Shown piece after piece: positions 52,612 through 62,460 of a stretch of 62,967 nt of DNA (positions are counted from its first letter, which is position 1; every line of letters begins with the position of its first letter). The notes beneath the pieces are model-generated. The model was not told the DNA's origin. It saw only the letters and a list, made by a program, of their open reading frames with translations, and ran no database searches. Source of the DNA: a virus. The position numbers were made by a program, and so were the translations under genes. Location: UHGV virus genome UHGV-0240508. One strand, given 5' to 3'.

Positions 52612-54879
52612 TTACGGCTGCTGTACCATAGCCGCCAAATTCACATCGCCTTTCACCTTCGTACCATCAGTCATTGTGAGCGTCAGCTTGATTACCCACG
52701 GGTCGGCGGTCGCATTGGTTCCGGTCAACGTGCCGGAAAGGGACTTCACCGTGGGAGGCAACGCCACTTTCGCAAGGGGGGACTCTATAGGCGCGCCGCT
52801 GTCCATCGTGGCCGTGGTCTTGGCCGTCAGGTACTTGACACCTTCCCGGTCCTCGAGGGTAAGCGTATCAGAGATCGCCGCCAGCGTACGCGGCATAGGT
52901 ACCTGAACCTTCCCGGCCGTGGCCACAATCTTGGTGCCGTCGCTCTGCGTTACTTCCGCCTTGACCTGCATACTCGTGACCGCAGGACCGCTATCAGGCG
53001 TCTCCGTCGTAAATACCGGAGTCGTCTTGACCGCCGTCACCACCACGTCGTCAGGAAGCTGTACTTCAGCCGCCGTAGCATTGACAACGGACGTGTCCGC
53101 AAGCGTCGATGCGGAATCAACCTTGAGGAACCGATGGCCTTTCTTCTCGGCAATCGTCGGCGTCGTGGTGTACGACTTAAGCACCGGGACACGAACTTCA
53201 GAAGCGAGCTTTTCTTCGCGGCCGATGATTTCCACCGAGCTCTTGTCATCGTCCCACCGCGTCTTCAGCGTCGCAGTCAGCTCGTGCTCGGCATTCACGC
53301 CGAGGAAGAGGTCAGTTTCATCCGGCTTGATATAAAGCTCGGCTTCGTTCGTATCAGCATCGACGACGATATTGCCTACGGCATCAGCCGCTTCGCTGAG
53401 ATTGAATCTGACAATGGGGGGCGTGCCAGTACCCGCATCCCTTTCTACCGCCGTAAAAGGACCGGAGAAACGGAACGTATCCACGACCTGACCATCGAAA
53501 CCATTCAGCACCATGTCCGCAGCGGCAAGCGTTTCGGCGACGGAGACGGCAGTAAATTCGAGCTTCGACCCAAGCGTCGGGCAAGCCCGCTCATCAGGGT
53601 CAGGGACAAGCCCAAGAATCTTCTGCTCAGGGTCAAGATTGACCGCCACCGCACGCACTTCCGTCCCGTCATGGGTAAAGTGCTTGGTGAGCGTGATGCC
53701 TTCGCAGACCGCCACCTCGAACTGCTTGCCGAGGCTCTCGGGGTCTTCGGTAATCACAAGACCCGGACCGGCAAGGTCGGTAAATCCGGCCTGCAAACAT
53801 CCGGCCTCGTCAAAGGAAAGCCCCGAATCACGCGGCGCAAGCTTCACATTGACCGCCATGTCGTGAATCTCAATGCCCTTACCGGACGTATACACATCCT
53901 TCAGGGACGACATGTCCACGTAGGCGTTCACGACCGTACCGTCCGACTTGCGGAAGGTGAAGTGCAGATACCGACCCTCAGGCTGGCCGACGGGATTGTC
54001 TTCAAGCGTCACGCTCTCCAAGATGGAGGTCGCCATCGGAATAGACACGGAGGCGGTGACGGCGTTGTGGGTGTCGAGCAAATCCAGACGCCCCGAGAGC
54101 GCATCGTAGCGCAGCCCGAGCTTGAGCATAAGCTTGTTGGCGTTGCTGAGGACAATGAGGTTATCCGGCAGGCACCCGTCACCACGGTCGATGATGGAAG
54201 CCGGAAGTACAATAAGCCGCCCGGAGTCGTCGACCGTGATGCAGTTCGCGGCATTGGCCGAGGAAACGGTGGCCGCCGTCACCTTGAGCTTGTTCGCCGC
54301 GTCGGAGGCAATCATGTTCCCGGCATCGGGAGACACGACGTCCGTATGGAGCAGGAGGGCGCTATCGTCCGCGCGGTCTTTGGTAATGAGGTTTCCCGCC
54401 TGCTCAGAAACGATAGGCGGAATCTTCGGCAACAGACAAGGATTCAGAAGAATCTTCCCGTCTGCGCCCGTGGTAAGAGGGTTGCCCGCCGTATCGGACA
54501 GGATATCCGAACCGGAGATGTAGAAGCCGCCGTCGTTGCCGTAACGGAGATAGTTGTTCTCGTCGGCGGAAAGCTCACGCGGCTTTACCGCAAGCTTCCT
54601 ATCCGTTCCGAGCTCAAGAATACTGTCTCCGTCCGCCGAAACGACGTCGGAAAGCCGCAACATCAACGCGCCGTCACCACCAAGCTTCAGCGCGTTGTCC
54701 GCATCGCCCGAAAGCGCGTCGGCAGCGACAGCCGAAAGGCCCTTATCGACATCGTTCTTGAGCAGAGACTTTCCCTGCACAGACGAGTCAACCGGGATGA
54801 GCGAGGGCTTCAACGTATCCCCGTCTCCCGCTGGCCGATGGCTGTCGTTTTTGTAGACCAAAGGATTGATTTTCGCCAT
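52612..54879 (-). CDS. tail-fibre-like protein (755 aa)
   Basis: Long beta-rich, repeat-like sequence (GDGDTLK; GDADNALKLGGDGALML). Confidence 0.55.
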   Translation of the reverse strand: MAKINPLVYKNDSHRPAGDGDTLKPSLIPVDSSVQGKSLLKNDVDKGLSAVAADALSGDADNALKLGGDGALMLRLSDVVSADGDSILELGTDRKLAVKPRELSADENNYLRYGNDGGFYISGSDILSDTAGNPLTTGADGKILLNPCLLPKIPPIVSEQAGNLITKDRADDSALLLHTDVVSPDAGNMIASDAANKLKVTAATVSSANAANCITVDDSGRLIVLPASIIDRGDGCLPDNLIVLSNANKLMLKLGLRYDALSGRLDLLDTHNAVTASVSIPMATSILESVTLEDNPVGQPEGRYLHFTFRKSDGTVVNAYVDMSSLKDVYTSGKGIEIHDMAVNVKLAPRDSGLSFDEAGCLQAGFTDLAGPGLVITEDPESLGKQFEVAVCEGITLTKHFTHDGTEVRAVAVNLDPEQKILGLVPDPDERACPTLGSKLEFTAVSVAETLAAADMVLNGFDGQVVDTFRFSGPFTAVERDAGTGTPPIVRFNLSEAADAVGNIVVDADTNEAELYIKPDETDLFLGVNAEHELTATLKTRWDDDKSSVEIIGREEKLASEVRVPVLKSYTTTPTIAEKKGHRFLKVDSASTLADTSVVNATAAEVQLPDDVVVTAVKTTPVFTTETPDSGPAVTSMQVKAEVTQSDGTKIVATAGKVQVPMPRTLAAISDTLTLEDREGVKYLTAKTTATMDSGAPIESPLAKVALPPTVKSLSGTLTGTNATADPWVIKLTLTMTDGTKVKGDVNLAAMVQQP

Positions 54880-54963
54880 TCTGTAAAGATCCTCACATTT
54901 GCCCGTTCGTTGAATTCATTACCACGCGGCTGATGTAGAGTCAACCATGCAGCACCGTAACCA

Positions 54964-55497
54964 TTACTTATTCAACTCAGTATAGACTTCAGGCCAATCG
55001 TACACCAAGCGTTCGACTGCCTGTATATACGCCGCGCTCAACTGGCGCAGCGATACCGTCCGAACCACATTATTCGCCATGACCCATTGCACCACAGTGG
55101 AATCCGGCTTGGCATCCAACTGCGCCGCGAAAAGGACCGCGTTCATGCGGTAGATGGAATCAAGAGAGGCATTGAATACGAGCCCATCGATTTCCACAAC
55201 CGCAGAAGACACCGACAATGCGCGACGTTCCTTGGCGCGCCGTAACTTCGCGGCGACGACGGCTTCCTCCGGCAGGCTCTCCAGAACATACGTCTGGACA
55301 TAACGCCCGTCGGCAAAAACTATCTCCCCCTCTGCAACACGCTGTTCATCGACATCGAAACCATAAGGACGCTCGCCCTCATGCAGGAGCCACCAATCAC
55401 CGATTTTACCAGTTCCGTCAGGTACGGACATATTCAGCAAAACGGTCAAATCACGTTTACTGACGATCTCTTTCGTCAAAGGATTAAAATATCTCAT
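54964..55497 (-). CDS. hypothetical protein (177 aa); possible tail-fibre assembly or chaperone-like role (positional inference)
   Basis: ORF between fibre-like genes. Confidence 0.4.
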   Translation of the reverse strand: MRYFNPLTKEIVSKRDLTVLLNMSVPDGTGKIGDWWLLHEGERPYGFDVDEQRVAEGEIVFADGRYVQTYVLESLPEEAVVAAKLRRAKERRALSVSSAVVEIDGLVFNASLDSIYRMNAVLFAAQLDAKPDSTVVQWVMANNVVRTVSLRQLSAAYIQAVERLVYDWPEVYTELNK

Positions 55498-55668
55498 ACC
55501 CCGGCTCCCTGCCTGTTATGTGTTGCGCGCTCGTCACGAGCACAACCGCAGGCGGAAACCTTGCACGATGATTACAGCATCGTGTGGGGCCGTGGTCCGG
55601 CGTATCGCCGCCGGGCCGGTGGGGGAGCTCGTAACTCCCCCGCCTCTGCCTGAACATACTCTAACGGT

Positions 55669-55917
55669 TTACGCTTCCTGGGTCACGCGCCGCAATTCCG
55701 GCGGCGACTGCCTCCCCTCCCTCTCGCTCTCATAACTGCTCTTGCAATGCTCCCTCTGCCAAAAGAACAGCCCGTCCACCACGCGCCGGGGCCACGCTCT
55801 CACCCCGTCTCGCGCCCAGCGGTAACAGCGCGAGGACAGGGTTTCGTCCGGCCAGCCACCAAGAAGCGTATTGAGGAGCTGGTCGACGGCGATCAACGTT
55901 CGCTTTCCGTAGGTCAT
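55669..55917 (-). CDS. small hypothetical protein (82 aa)
   Basis: ORF with ATGA overlap to the upstream gene. Confidence 0.4.
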   Translation of the reverse strand: MTYGKRTLIAVDQLLNTLLGGWPDETLSSRCYRWARDGVRAWPRRVVDGLFFWQREHCKSSYESEREGRQSPPELRRVTQEA

Positions 55918-56534
55918 GCGGCTTCAACCTCTTCCGGCGTGGTCGCGGCCTCCACAGCCGCCTTGCGTTCCCCGCCGCGCTGCATCGTCCCGTTCTTGTG
56001 CTTCATGGCACCGCCAGCGTAGAGCGCGAGGAAGCCCGGCGCGTCGAATGTCAGGCGCTCCAGCTCATTGTCCGGCACCGTGTAGGCATTCCACATCACT
56101 GAGTCGGGCAGGCCCGGCATTCCCGATTGCTTCATCAGGCAGACGTTCGCCGTATCCGCAAAATTCTGCTGGTCAAAGGTGTCATAGCTGAAATGATAGG
56201 TGACTCCGCCCACGGCATAGTCGAACCCGGAAGCAATGGCGGCGAACGTTTCAGCGTCGATCCATGCCTTCTTCGCTGCTTTCAGTTCCTCCAGCGTAGG
56301 CGTTTTGGCGGATTCATCCTGTACAACTTCGGGGTGCCGCTTCACATAGTCAGCAAGCACATTATGCATGTCCGTCCACTCGCCATCGTTCGGGACATGA
56401 TAGAGGCCGCTTCCAAGAACAAGATCCACCCGTTTAAGCACATAGGAGCCATCACCGCGCAAAATGATTTCAGAAAGATCCCATTTGTGGTTCGCCTCAT
56501 CCAAAAGAATATCGCCATCAATTGTATATTCCAC
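55914..56534 (-). CDS. hypothetical protein (206 aa)
   Basis: ORF following the large collagen-like gene. Confidence 0.5.
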   Translation of the reverse strand: MEYTIDGDILLDEANHKWDLSEIILRGDGSYVLKRVDLVLGSGLYHVPNDGEWTDMHNVLADYVKRHPEVVQDESAKTPTLEELKAAKKAWIDAETFAAIASGFDYAVGGVTYHFSYDTFDQQNFADTANVCLMKQSGMPGLPDSVMWNAYTVPDNELERLTFDAPGFLALYAGGAMKHKNGTMQRGGERKAAVEAATTPEEVEAA

Positions 56535-56538
56535 GGTG

Positions 56539-59500
56539 TTACCCTACCTGAAAAAATACGCCGAATTCTTCATCAGAGAAATTATCTCTGAAAAAGGTCC
56601 CAAAGACGTGTCCGCCCTCATAGACTCCGGGTTGTATCGTTGTGTCGAAATACCACAAGGTGATCGGATAAAAGACGGCGAACTGTCCGCCGCTCGGTCC
56701 GACGACCCTATGTGTCGAACTAGATACCCATTCCGTACGTCCTCTCCGTATTGCCCCGGTGATGAGATTCGTATTCCCCGCCATCCCAACGCTGCCCGCA
56801 CTGTTCGCATAGTTGACGGAAAGGGCACTTTCGGCCTTGCCGTTCATCGCCCCAGAGTCCCTTGCATACGCTACGGAGAGGGCCGATTCAGCTTTGCCGC
56901 CAAGCGCATTCGCACTCCCGGCGGTATCTGCGTATCCGGCAGTGTCTGCTTTCGCATGTATTACACGGCCATCCATATATGCCTCCCCCGTGTCCGGGGA
57001 AAAACGAAATGAATACCCTTCCTTGCCACGCGCCCCAGAGAGCACGATTACCCTTCTTCCGCCGTCAACAACCTGTTTTATTTGTATGTCGTTGATTTGG
57101 AGAGGGCTATCCGCCACAAGTTCTCTCGTGCCGTCTTCATAAGTCACAGCAGCAAGGGACGTGATATGTCCACTGCTATTTTTTGAATAGAATTGCGTGT
57201 ATTTAGCATTATCAGATGCGCGCTGTATGACATCGAACCCGCCCATGATCACACTGTTTTTGTCGGCAAGAAACAGGCCGCGCTCAGTATTGGTAGAGGG
57301 TGCCGATCCAATCACATTTGCGGGATCATTGATCTGCATGCTGCCCGTCAGGACGCCGCCGCCAGTCGAGAGCGCGGGCTTGTACTCCCCGCCTCCGGTC
57401 AGGAAGCTTTCATGCTGTCCGGCGGCTGCGGGCGGCACAAGGCCGCTGGTTCCGGCGCTCGATGCCGTCGCGCCCTCGTATTCGGGGACGGAGATGATGC
57501 CGTTGTTGACGGTGAGGCCGTCGCCGATGCGTGAAGACGACACAATTTCTGTCCAGGAAGACCAATCATTACTCGCTATGCGATACTGCCTGAGGAACAT
57601 ACGTTCTCTTGCTGATGAATAGGCATATACTATCTGATACAAATTCTTTGCGAATGCTTCTTTTTTACTGCAAAAAACTTGCATGAAGGCAGCACTTCCA
57701 ACGATTGGGCCATTCACGCCGCCTGTTGCGTTTATTAAGTAAAATCCTGCTTCGGTAACTGTATTGTAGTCTACATTACTCCCAAGTTCTCGTGCTGTCC
57801 CGATCTGCCCCCGTCCACTGGCCATATCATTTTCATTCCCGTCAATTGCGACATCCGTAACCAACGACCATTTTCCGTCACCATGCAGGAACTTGTTCTG
57901 ATCGCCCGCAACCGGCGCAGGAACAAACCCCGCAGCGCCCGCCGCAGATGCGGTAGCGCCGACGAAAGGCTCGAACCGCAACCGAATCCATTTGCTCCAT
58001 GTAGGCAAGTCCTTGCCCGCCGAATGGCTGTGTCTCCAGTATATATCGGGCCTGTTCGTCTCCAGCGCTTCGAACACCGCAAACTGCATAACGTCCTTGT
58101 CATTACTGAAAGCATTGGTATCACCGAACGCCTGCGTGATGAGCAACGCGGCCGTGTTGCCGTCATAGCCCGACGGCATACCGTCCGTCGTTCCATATGC
58201 CTGCAACACGGACGATGTGATTACCTTGTCGGCGTTGGAAACCAGACTTTGCGGATCGCCAAGCTGCCCTCTGAACGCCGCCTGTTCGAGCGCATTACCA
58301 TAGACCGCGTCGGCAATGCGGTTCTTCTTCGTCACCACATCAACGGCTCGTACGCGGTATCCATCAATCTCTTCGATATAAGATTCGGTAACAGTCACGC
58401 CGTCGTACTTAGGCGCGGTATCCTGTACCAAATCAAACAGCATCGTCAAATCGCCCCGCAGGTTCTTGAACGTGGTGTTGGCGAAGCCGTTGTTTACAAG
58501 CAGCGTCATAAGGTCAACATTCGCTTCGAACGCCGTGCCGTCACAGCGCGTCCCCTGCACACGCAAAACGGTCGCAGGAAGCGCACCCGGCGTGCCGCCA
58601 AACGCTGCCTCGGCATCCAGCCTGAGCGTGAAGGAATAGCTGACGCTCATATTCGCCGGGTCCGAAGTGTCTACGCTTATCGACACCTTGCTCAACAGCA
58701 GGCCAAGCGGCAGAGGTGTATTCGGCGTATATTCCTCGACCCCGGAGAATCCCACCTCAAACTCGTATCCCGTGCAATTGCCCCGCCGTGTAGCGTCGCT
58801 TGCGTCCACACAATAGCCGAGATCGAACTCCACATCATTCAACTTGATGGAATAAAGAAAAATGGTATTGTATCTGGCAAACCGCTTCGCTATTTCCGCC
58901 TCGCTACCGCTCACCGACCCGGTAAACGTGACCTCGTAAGGATGTGAGGCAGCGGCGGGGCCAAGGCCCAATTCGACATTGTCCTTGCACAATTCTGCAA
59001 AACGGGGGATCTCCGATACCTCCCCGCCATCTCCACCCATATCGAGACACAGACAAATCTTCTCGAAAACCACGGACTCAGACGGCACAAGCGTATACGC
59101 CGCGTCCACAATGGAATCGGCGCACCCCGGACCCTGAGGGCCTGCCGGACCCACGGGACCCTGCGCACCCGTGTCGCCTTTCTCGCCCTTATCACCTTTC
59201 TCGCCCTTGGGACCCTGCGCACCCGTGTCACCCTTGGGGCCTGCCGGACCCACGGGACCCGTATTGCCTGCCGGACCTTGCGGACCCACGGGACCCTGCG
59301 CGCCCGTGTCGCCCGTGTCGCCCTTCTCGCCTTTCTTGCCCGTGTAGCCCTGCGGACCCTGCGCACCCTGAATACCCTGCTCGCCCTTGGGACCCACCGG
59401 ACCCACGGGACCCTGCGCACCCGTGTCGCCCTTCTCGCCCGTGTCGCCTTTCTCGCCCTTCAGGTCAACACCGTCATCCCATGCCCCGTCAGAGTTCTCG

Positions 59501-59826
59501 ATACGCAGGATCGTACCATCCCAAACATGCGCAGGAGCGGGACCCTGCGGACCCACGGGACCCTGCATACCTCTGTCGCCCTTCTCGCCCTGCGGCCCCT
59601 TCTCGCCCGTGTCACCCTTGGGACCAGCCGGGCCCACGGGACCCTGCGCGCCCGTGTCACCCTTGGGACCAGCCGGACCCTGCGGACCCCGCTTGCCACG
59701 CAATCCCTGCACAAACGCGGTGTCGTTCCCGACACCCGGAGCCTTCACGCATTCCTCGCGCCCGATATACGACAACCCGCAATCGCAGTCAGGATTCGCC
59801 GCACTATTTTTCTTGACGTCAGCCAT
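56539..59826 (-). CDS. collagen-like repeat tail-fibre protein (1095 aa): N-terminal GXY blocks, large C-terminal globular region
   Basis: Three GXY blocks (GKRGPQGPAGPKGDTGAQGPVGPAGPKGDTGEKGPQGEKGDRG...). AAGGAG upstream. Confidence 0.75.
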   Translation of the reverse strand: MADVKKNSAANPDCDCGLSYIGREECVKAPGVGNDTAFVQGLRGKRGPQGPAGPKGDTGAQGPVGPAGPKGDTGEKGPQGEKGDRGMQGPVGPQGPAPAHVWDGTILRIENSDGAWDDGVDLKGEKGDTGEKGDTGAQGPVGPVGPKGEQGIQGAQGPQGYTGKKGEKGDTGDTGAQGPVGPQGPAGNTGPVGPAGPKGDTGAQGPKGEKGDKGEKGDTGAQGPVGPAGPQGPGCADSIVDAAYTLVPSESVVFEKICLCLDMGGDGGEVSEIPRFAELCKDNVELGLGPAAASHPYEVTFTGSVSGSEAEIAKRFARYNTIFLYSIKLNDVEFDLGYCVDASDATRRGNCTGYEFEVGFSGVEEYTPNTPLPLGLLLSKVSISVDTSDPANMSVSYSFTLRLDAEAAFGGTPGALPATVLRVQGTRCDGTAFEANVDLMTLLVNNGFANTTFKNLRGDLTMLFDLVQDTAPKYDGVTVTESYIEEIDGYRVRAVDVVTKKNRIADAVYGNALEQAAFRGQLGDPQSLVSNADKVITSSVLQAYGTTDGMPSGYDGNTAALLITQAFGDTNAFSNDKDVMQFAVFEALETNRPDIYWRHSHSAGKDLPTWSKWIRLRFEPFVGATASAAGAAGFVPAPVAGDQNKFLHGDGKWSLVTDVAIDGNENDMASGRGQIGTARELGSNVDYNTVTEAGFYLINATGGVNGPIVGSAAFMQVFCSKKEAFAKNLYQIVYAYSSARERMFLRQYRIASNDWSSWTEIVSSSRIGDGLTVNNGIISVPEYEGATASSAGTSGLVPPAAAGQHESFLTGGGEYKPALSTGGGVLTGSMQINDPANVIGSAPSTNTERGLFLADKNSVIMGGFDVIQRASDNAKYTQFYSKNSSGHITSLAAVTYEDGTRELVADSPLQINDIQIKQVVDGGRRVIVLSGARGKEGYSFRFSPDTGEAYMDGRVIHAKADTAGYADTAGSANALGGKAESALSVAYARDSGAMNGKAESALSVNYANSAGSVGMAGNTNLITGAIRRGRTEWVSSSTHRVVGPSGGQFAVFYPITLWYFDTTIQPGVYEGGHVFGTFFRDNFSDEEFGVFFQVG

Positions 59827-59903
59827 GTTGTCTTCTCCTTACGAAAATAGCCGAGGCAACCAATTGACCCAGCTATTTATCTACAATGGTTTACGAACCC
59901 TCG

Positions 59904-60428
59904 TCAATCATTTCCGGCATCCTTCAATGCGATGCTCCGCACCCTGTACATATGCCGCTCAAGGCGCGCCGTGCCGTCACGGTCCGGCGGAAACGGAACA
60001 TCGAACTTCATACCCCGGTCGAACACCTGCATGAGGGTGTTCATAATTTCATGCTCTGCCTTCAGGACGTCGTTCCATTTGTCGTCACGGGTCCGGCGGT
60101 CATAAAGCGCAAGGCGGGAATAATCGGAAAAGAGCAGATGGAGGGCTTCGTGTATTGCGGTATCCCGCAAGTCGTCGAACGTCGGTACGTCCTCTTCGCA
60201 TTCGAAGCCCGCGATGAGCTCTACCCGTACGACGGCATGGCCGGTCGCAGTATGTTCCTCCACCTGAGCCCGGTAATCCTGAGGCTCGTCATTCACACGA
60301 TACTGCAAAACCCTGAGCCCGCGGCATCCGAAAACCTCGTCCTTGCAAGCCTCGAACACGCGGAAAAACCACAGGCAGACGGCGTCAGGCAGAACATACC
60401 GGCCATCATCAAGCCGAACCGACGGCAC
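59904..60428 (-). CDS. hypothetical protein with HExxH motif (IHEALHLLF); possible metallopeptidase-like
   Basis: Motif read directly. No further family evidence. Confidence 0.45.
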   Translation of the reverse strand: MPSVRLDDGRYVLPDAVCLWFFRVFEACKDEVFGCRGLRVLQYRVNDEPQDYRAQVEEHTATGHAVVRVELIAGFECEEDVPTFDDLRDTAIHEALHLLFSDYSRLALYDRRTRDDKWNDVLKAEHEIMNTLMQVFDRGMKFDVPFPPDRDGTARLERHMYRVRSIALKDAGND

Positions 60429-60443
60429 GCGGGGGGGAAGACA

Positions 60444-60815
60444 TCACTCGCCTCCTTTGCAGCAACACCGACCCATAATCCATTCATGCACCTTCTCATG
60501 GTCACCGGCGGTCAAATCGACGACGGCAGCGGAAGGATTGCCTAAGGACGCACCCTCCTGCAAATCCGCCGCAAGGCCCGCGTAGCCCGCCATGTCCACG
60601 AAATTGTCATCAAAAGGATACGGCGCACACTTCACGCGGGACGCCTTCAGCATGACCATCATCACGGCTACGTCGCGGGGCGACACCGGAACCTTCAAAT
60701 ACGCCGCCCACAGGCGGGCAATCATGAGGAAGGTGGCTTCGTGGGGTCCGCTGGTCTTTGCCTTCTCTTCAGTAAGCCGCGTCGCGGCGGCGTCCAATAC
60801 GTCTTTCGGTTTCAT
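60444..60815 (-). CDS. hypothetical protein (123 aa), first gene of the minus-strand operon
   Basis: ORF 60444..60863 (TTG start) trimmed to ATG 60815, which has GGAGG four nt upstream. Confidence 0.5.
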   Translation of the reverse strand: MKPKDVLDAAATRLTEEKAKTSGPHEATFLMIARLWAAYLKVPVSPRDVAVMMVMLKASRVKCAPYPFDDNFVDMAGYAGLAADLQEGASLGNPSAAVVDLTAGDHEKVHEWIMGRCCCKGGE

Positions 60816-60882
60816 ACAACCTCCGTCGTAAACAGATGTAAACGAAAATAGAGGAGTTGACAATTTATTTTTGGAGAGTGTT

Positions 60883-60898
60883 GTTACTAAGTAGTAAC
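60883..60898. promoter_or_regulatory. inverted repeat GTTACTA-AG-TAGTAAC in the divergent control region, next to TTGACA at 60857-60862
   Basis: Read directly. Candidate operator. Confidence 0.35.
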
Positions 60899-61122
60899 AT
60901 TAGTTTCGTGGGCGAAATGTACTGTGTGGGTGTGTATGTAAAAGTATATGTAGTCTCTCTCATGGCCCATGCCCCCGCGCGTCCAAAGCGCCCCCGGGGG
61001 GTGTTGGGGTGCCGCCCCACGCACCCCACGGTCATTAGCTGTCACCGTCAGTCATCATCTGCCATTGACGGATCAGCCGACCAACCCCATGAAAAAAGTT
61101 TTGCTACGTAGTAAAAAACTTG

Positions 61123-61151
61123 TTGACATATCCATATTACAAGCGTATCTT
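61123..61151 (+). promoter_or_regulatory. candidate promoter TTGACA-N17-TATCTT, preceded by the TTTTGCTACGTAG motif
   Basis: TTGACA at 61123-61128; weak -10 TATCTT at 61146-61151. Confidence 0.35.
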
Positions 61152-61377
61152 GTATTTACAGAGAGGGAGGAAATACCCCCCCCTCAACCAACCCAGTAGC
61201 GTGACGGGCTGTGAGATCTTTGACAAAGAGGCGGAGTCACGCGCCGCCGCGCGCCGCGCTTATGTTGTGTACTTGCTGCACTGCATGAGAGAACGCGGAC
61301 AGGCGCGGGAACCTCTACACATAGAGAAAGAAGCCGGGGAATCGTGGGAAGCGGCGATGCGGCATAGGAGTATCACC

Positions 61378-62052
61378 ATGTCAAACGTCGTTCTCACTGA
61401 TGAAAGTTTTGAGTCCATTCTTGTTCGCATCACTAAGACGCAAGGCGAAAAGCGGAAGCTGATTTGTCAGGCATTCCGCGCTTCTCTTGCCGACATCATG
61501 AACAGCAAGAGCACGGCGCGAGTGAATGCTTTTGCGCGTGTCGCCTCCGCTCTGCCTGAATGGGCAAAGATAAAAAAGGCCGTTTTTATTTTTTCGGGCG
61601 GCTTTAAGTATCACTCTTCCGCTAAGGCGGTTGAGCGCTACTACGCTGAAAATCTTAGCGTAGTAAGCTTCAACGCTAAGGAGAAGTCTTTCTACATGCG
61701 GGATGGATTGACGCCTGAATCTTTCGCGGTTGCGCTGAGCCAGTACCACGGCATCATGGCTTTTGATTATGACGCCGTAACCGTCAAGGCGGAGCCGCGA
61801 GCAACGCTGGATTTGGAACCGCTGATCAAGGCACTCGAAAAGGCAAAGGACAACAGACATCTACTATCCGCGATGGACCGAAAGGCGCTTGTCGAAATCT
61901 GGGACGCCGCTTGCGCGGCGCTGCCGCATAAGCTTGGAGGACGGGAACTTACGGCGCAGGACATAATACCTAAGGCCGCCGCCGTTGACGGCAAGCCGAC
62001 CGACACCATGCCTGCCAAGCCCGTTCGCAAGCGTGCCGAAAACAACAAGTAA
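61378..62052 (+). CDS. hypothetical protein (224 aa)
   Basis: ORF 61120..62052 trimmed to ATG 61378 (AGGAG seven nt upstream). Followed by an inverted repeat and a terminator. Confidence 0.5.
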   Translation: MSNVVLTDESFESILVRITKTQGEKRKLICQAFRASLADIMNSKSTARVNAFARVASALPEWAKIKKAVFIFSGGFKYHSSAKAVERYYAENLSVVSFNAKEKSFYMRDGLTPESFAVALSQYHGIMAFDYDAVTVKAEPRATLDLEPLIKALEKAKDNRHLLSAMDRKALVEIWDAACAALPHKLGGRELTAQDIIPKAAAVDGKPTDTMPAKPVRKRAENNK

Positions 62053-62103
62053 CCTCAATCAACGCATCGCCGTTTCCCACGATTCCCCGGCATTGGAACA
62101 GTG

Positions 62104-62147
62104 TTTGCATAGGATTGGTGTATGGTAGTGCACCAATCCTATGCAAA
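62104..62147. promoter_or_regulatory. perfect 17-bp inverted repeat tttgcataggattggtg / caccaatcctatgcaaa with a 10-nt loop
   Basis: Read directly. Lies immediately after the stop of 61378..62052. Confidence 0.6.
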
Positions 62148-62182
62148 TGCTGAATGATTCACAGCCCACAAAATCTACTTCG

Positions 62183-62215
62183 AAGCCCGCCCACAAAGCG
62201 GGCTTTTTGTTTTTG
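62183..62215 (+). terminator. intrinsic terminator (aagcccgc-CCACAA-agcgggctt, then TTTTTGTTTTTGG)
   Basis: G/C stem plus a long T-run. Confidence 0.75.
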
Positions 62216-62244
62216 GTAAACATCAAACATCAGGAGAACCAAAC

Positions 62245-62343
62245 ATGAAAGAAGTACTCGCCACCATCGCGCTTGTCTGCATGTCGTGCATGTGCCTTGC
62301 CGGAATCGCAATCATCATGTACTGCATAGCGACCGGCTACTGA
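62245..62343 (+). CDS. 32-aa hydrophobic membrane peptide (MKEVLATIALVCMSCMCLAGIAIIMYCIATGY)
   Basis: AGGAGA eight nt before ATG 62245. Not in the ORF track because it is under 60 aa. Confidence 0.3.
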   Translation: MKEVLATIALVCMSCMCLAGIAIIMYCIATGY

Positions 62344-62379
62344 GCGTGTCACTTTTTACGTAATGCAAACAGGCGTTTT

Positions 62380-62460
62380 CGTCTAACGCTCTAACGTTTT
62401 CGTTTTTGGAAACGTTAGAGCGATTTTATTTTTGTTAGACGTACATACTAAAACGTTAGT
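62380..62460. repeat. nested inverted repeats and iteron-like CTAACG/CGTTAG motifs. A perfect 12-bp hairpin gctctaacgttt...aaacgttagagc (62388-62421) is flanked by cgtctaac (62380-62387) and gttagacg (62434-62441). Further AACGTTAG copies lie at 62452, 62632 and 62851.
   Basis: Read directly. At least seven copies of the CGTTAG core in both orientations within about 500 bp. Confidence 0.6.

Noticed and set aside
60444-60863. TTG start at 60863 as given in the ORF track
   Set aside because: The first 16 aa lack an RBS and overlap the TTGACA element. ATG 60815, with GGAGG four nt upstream, is preferred.
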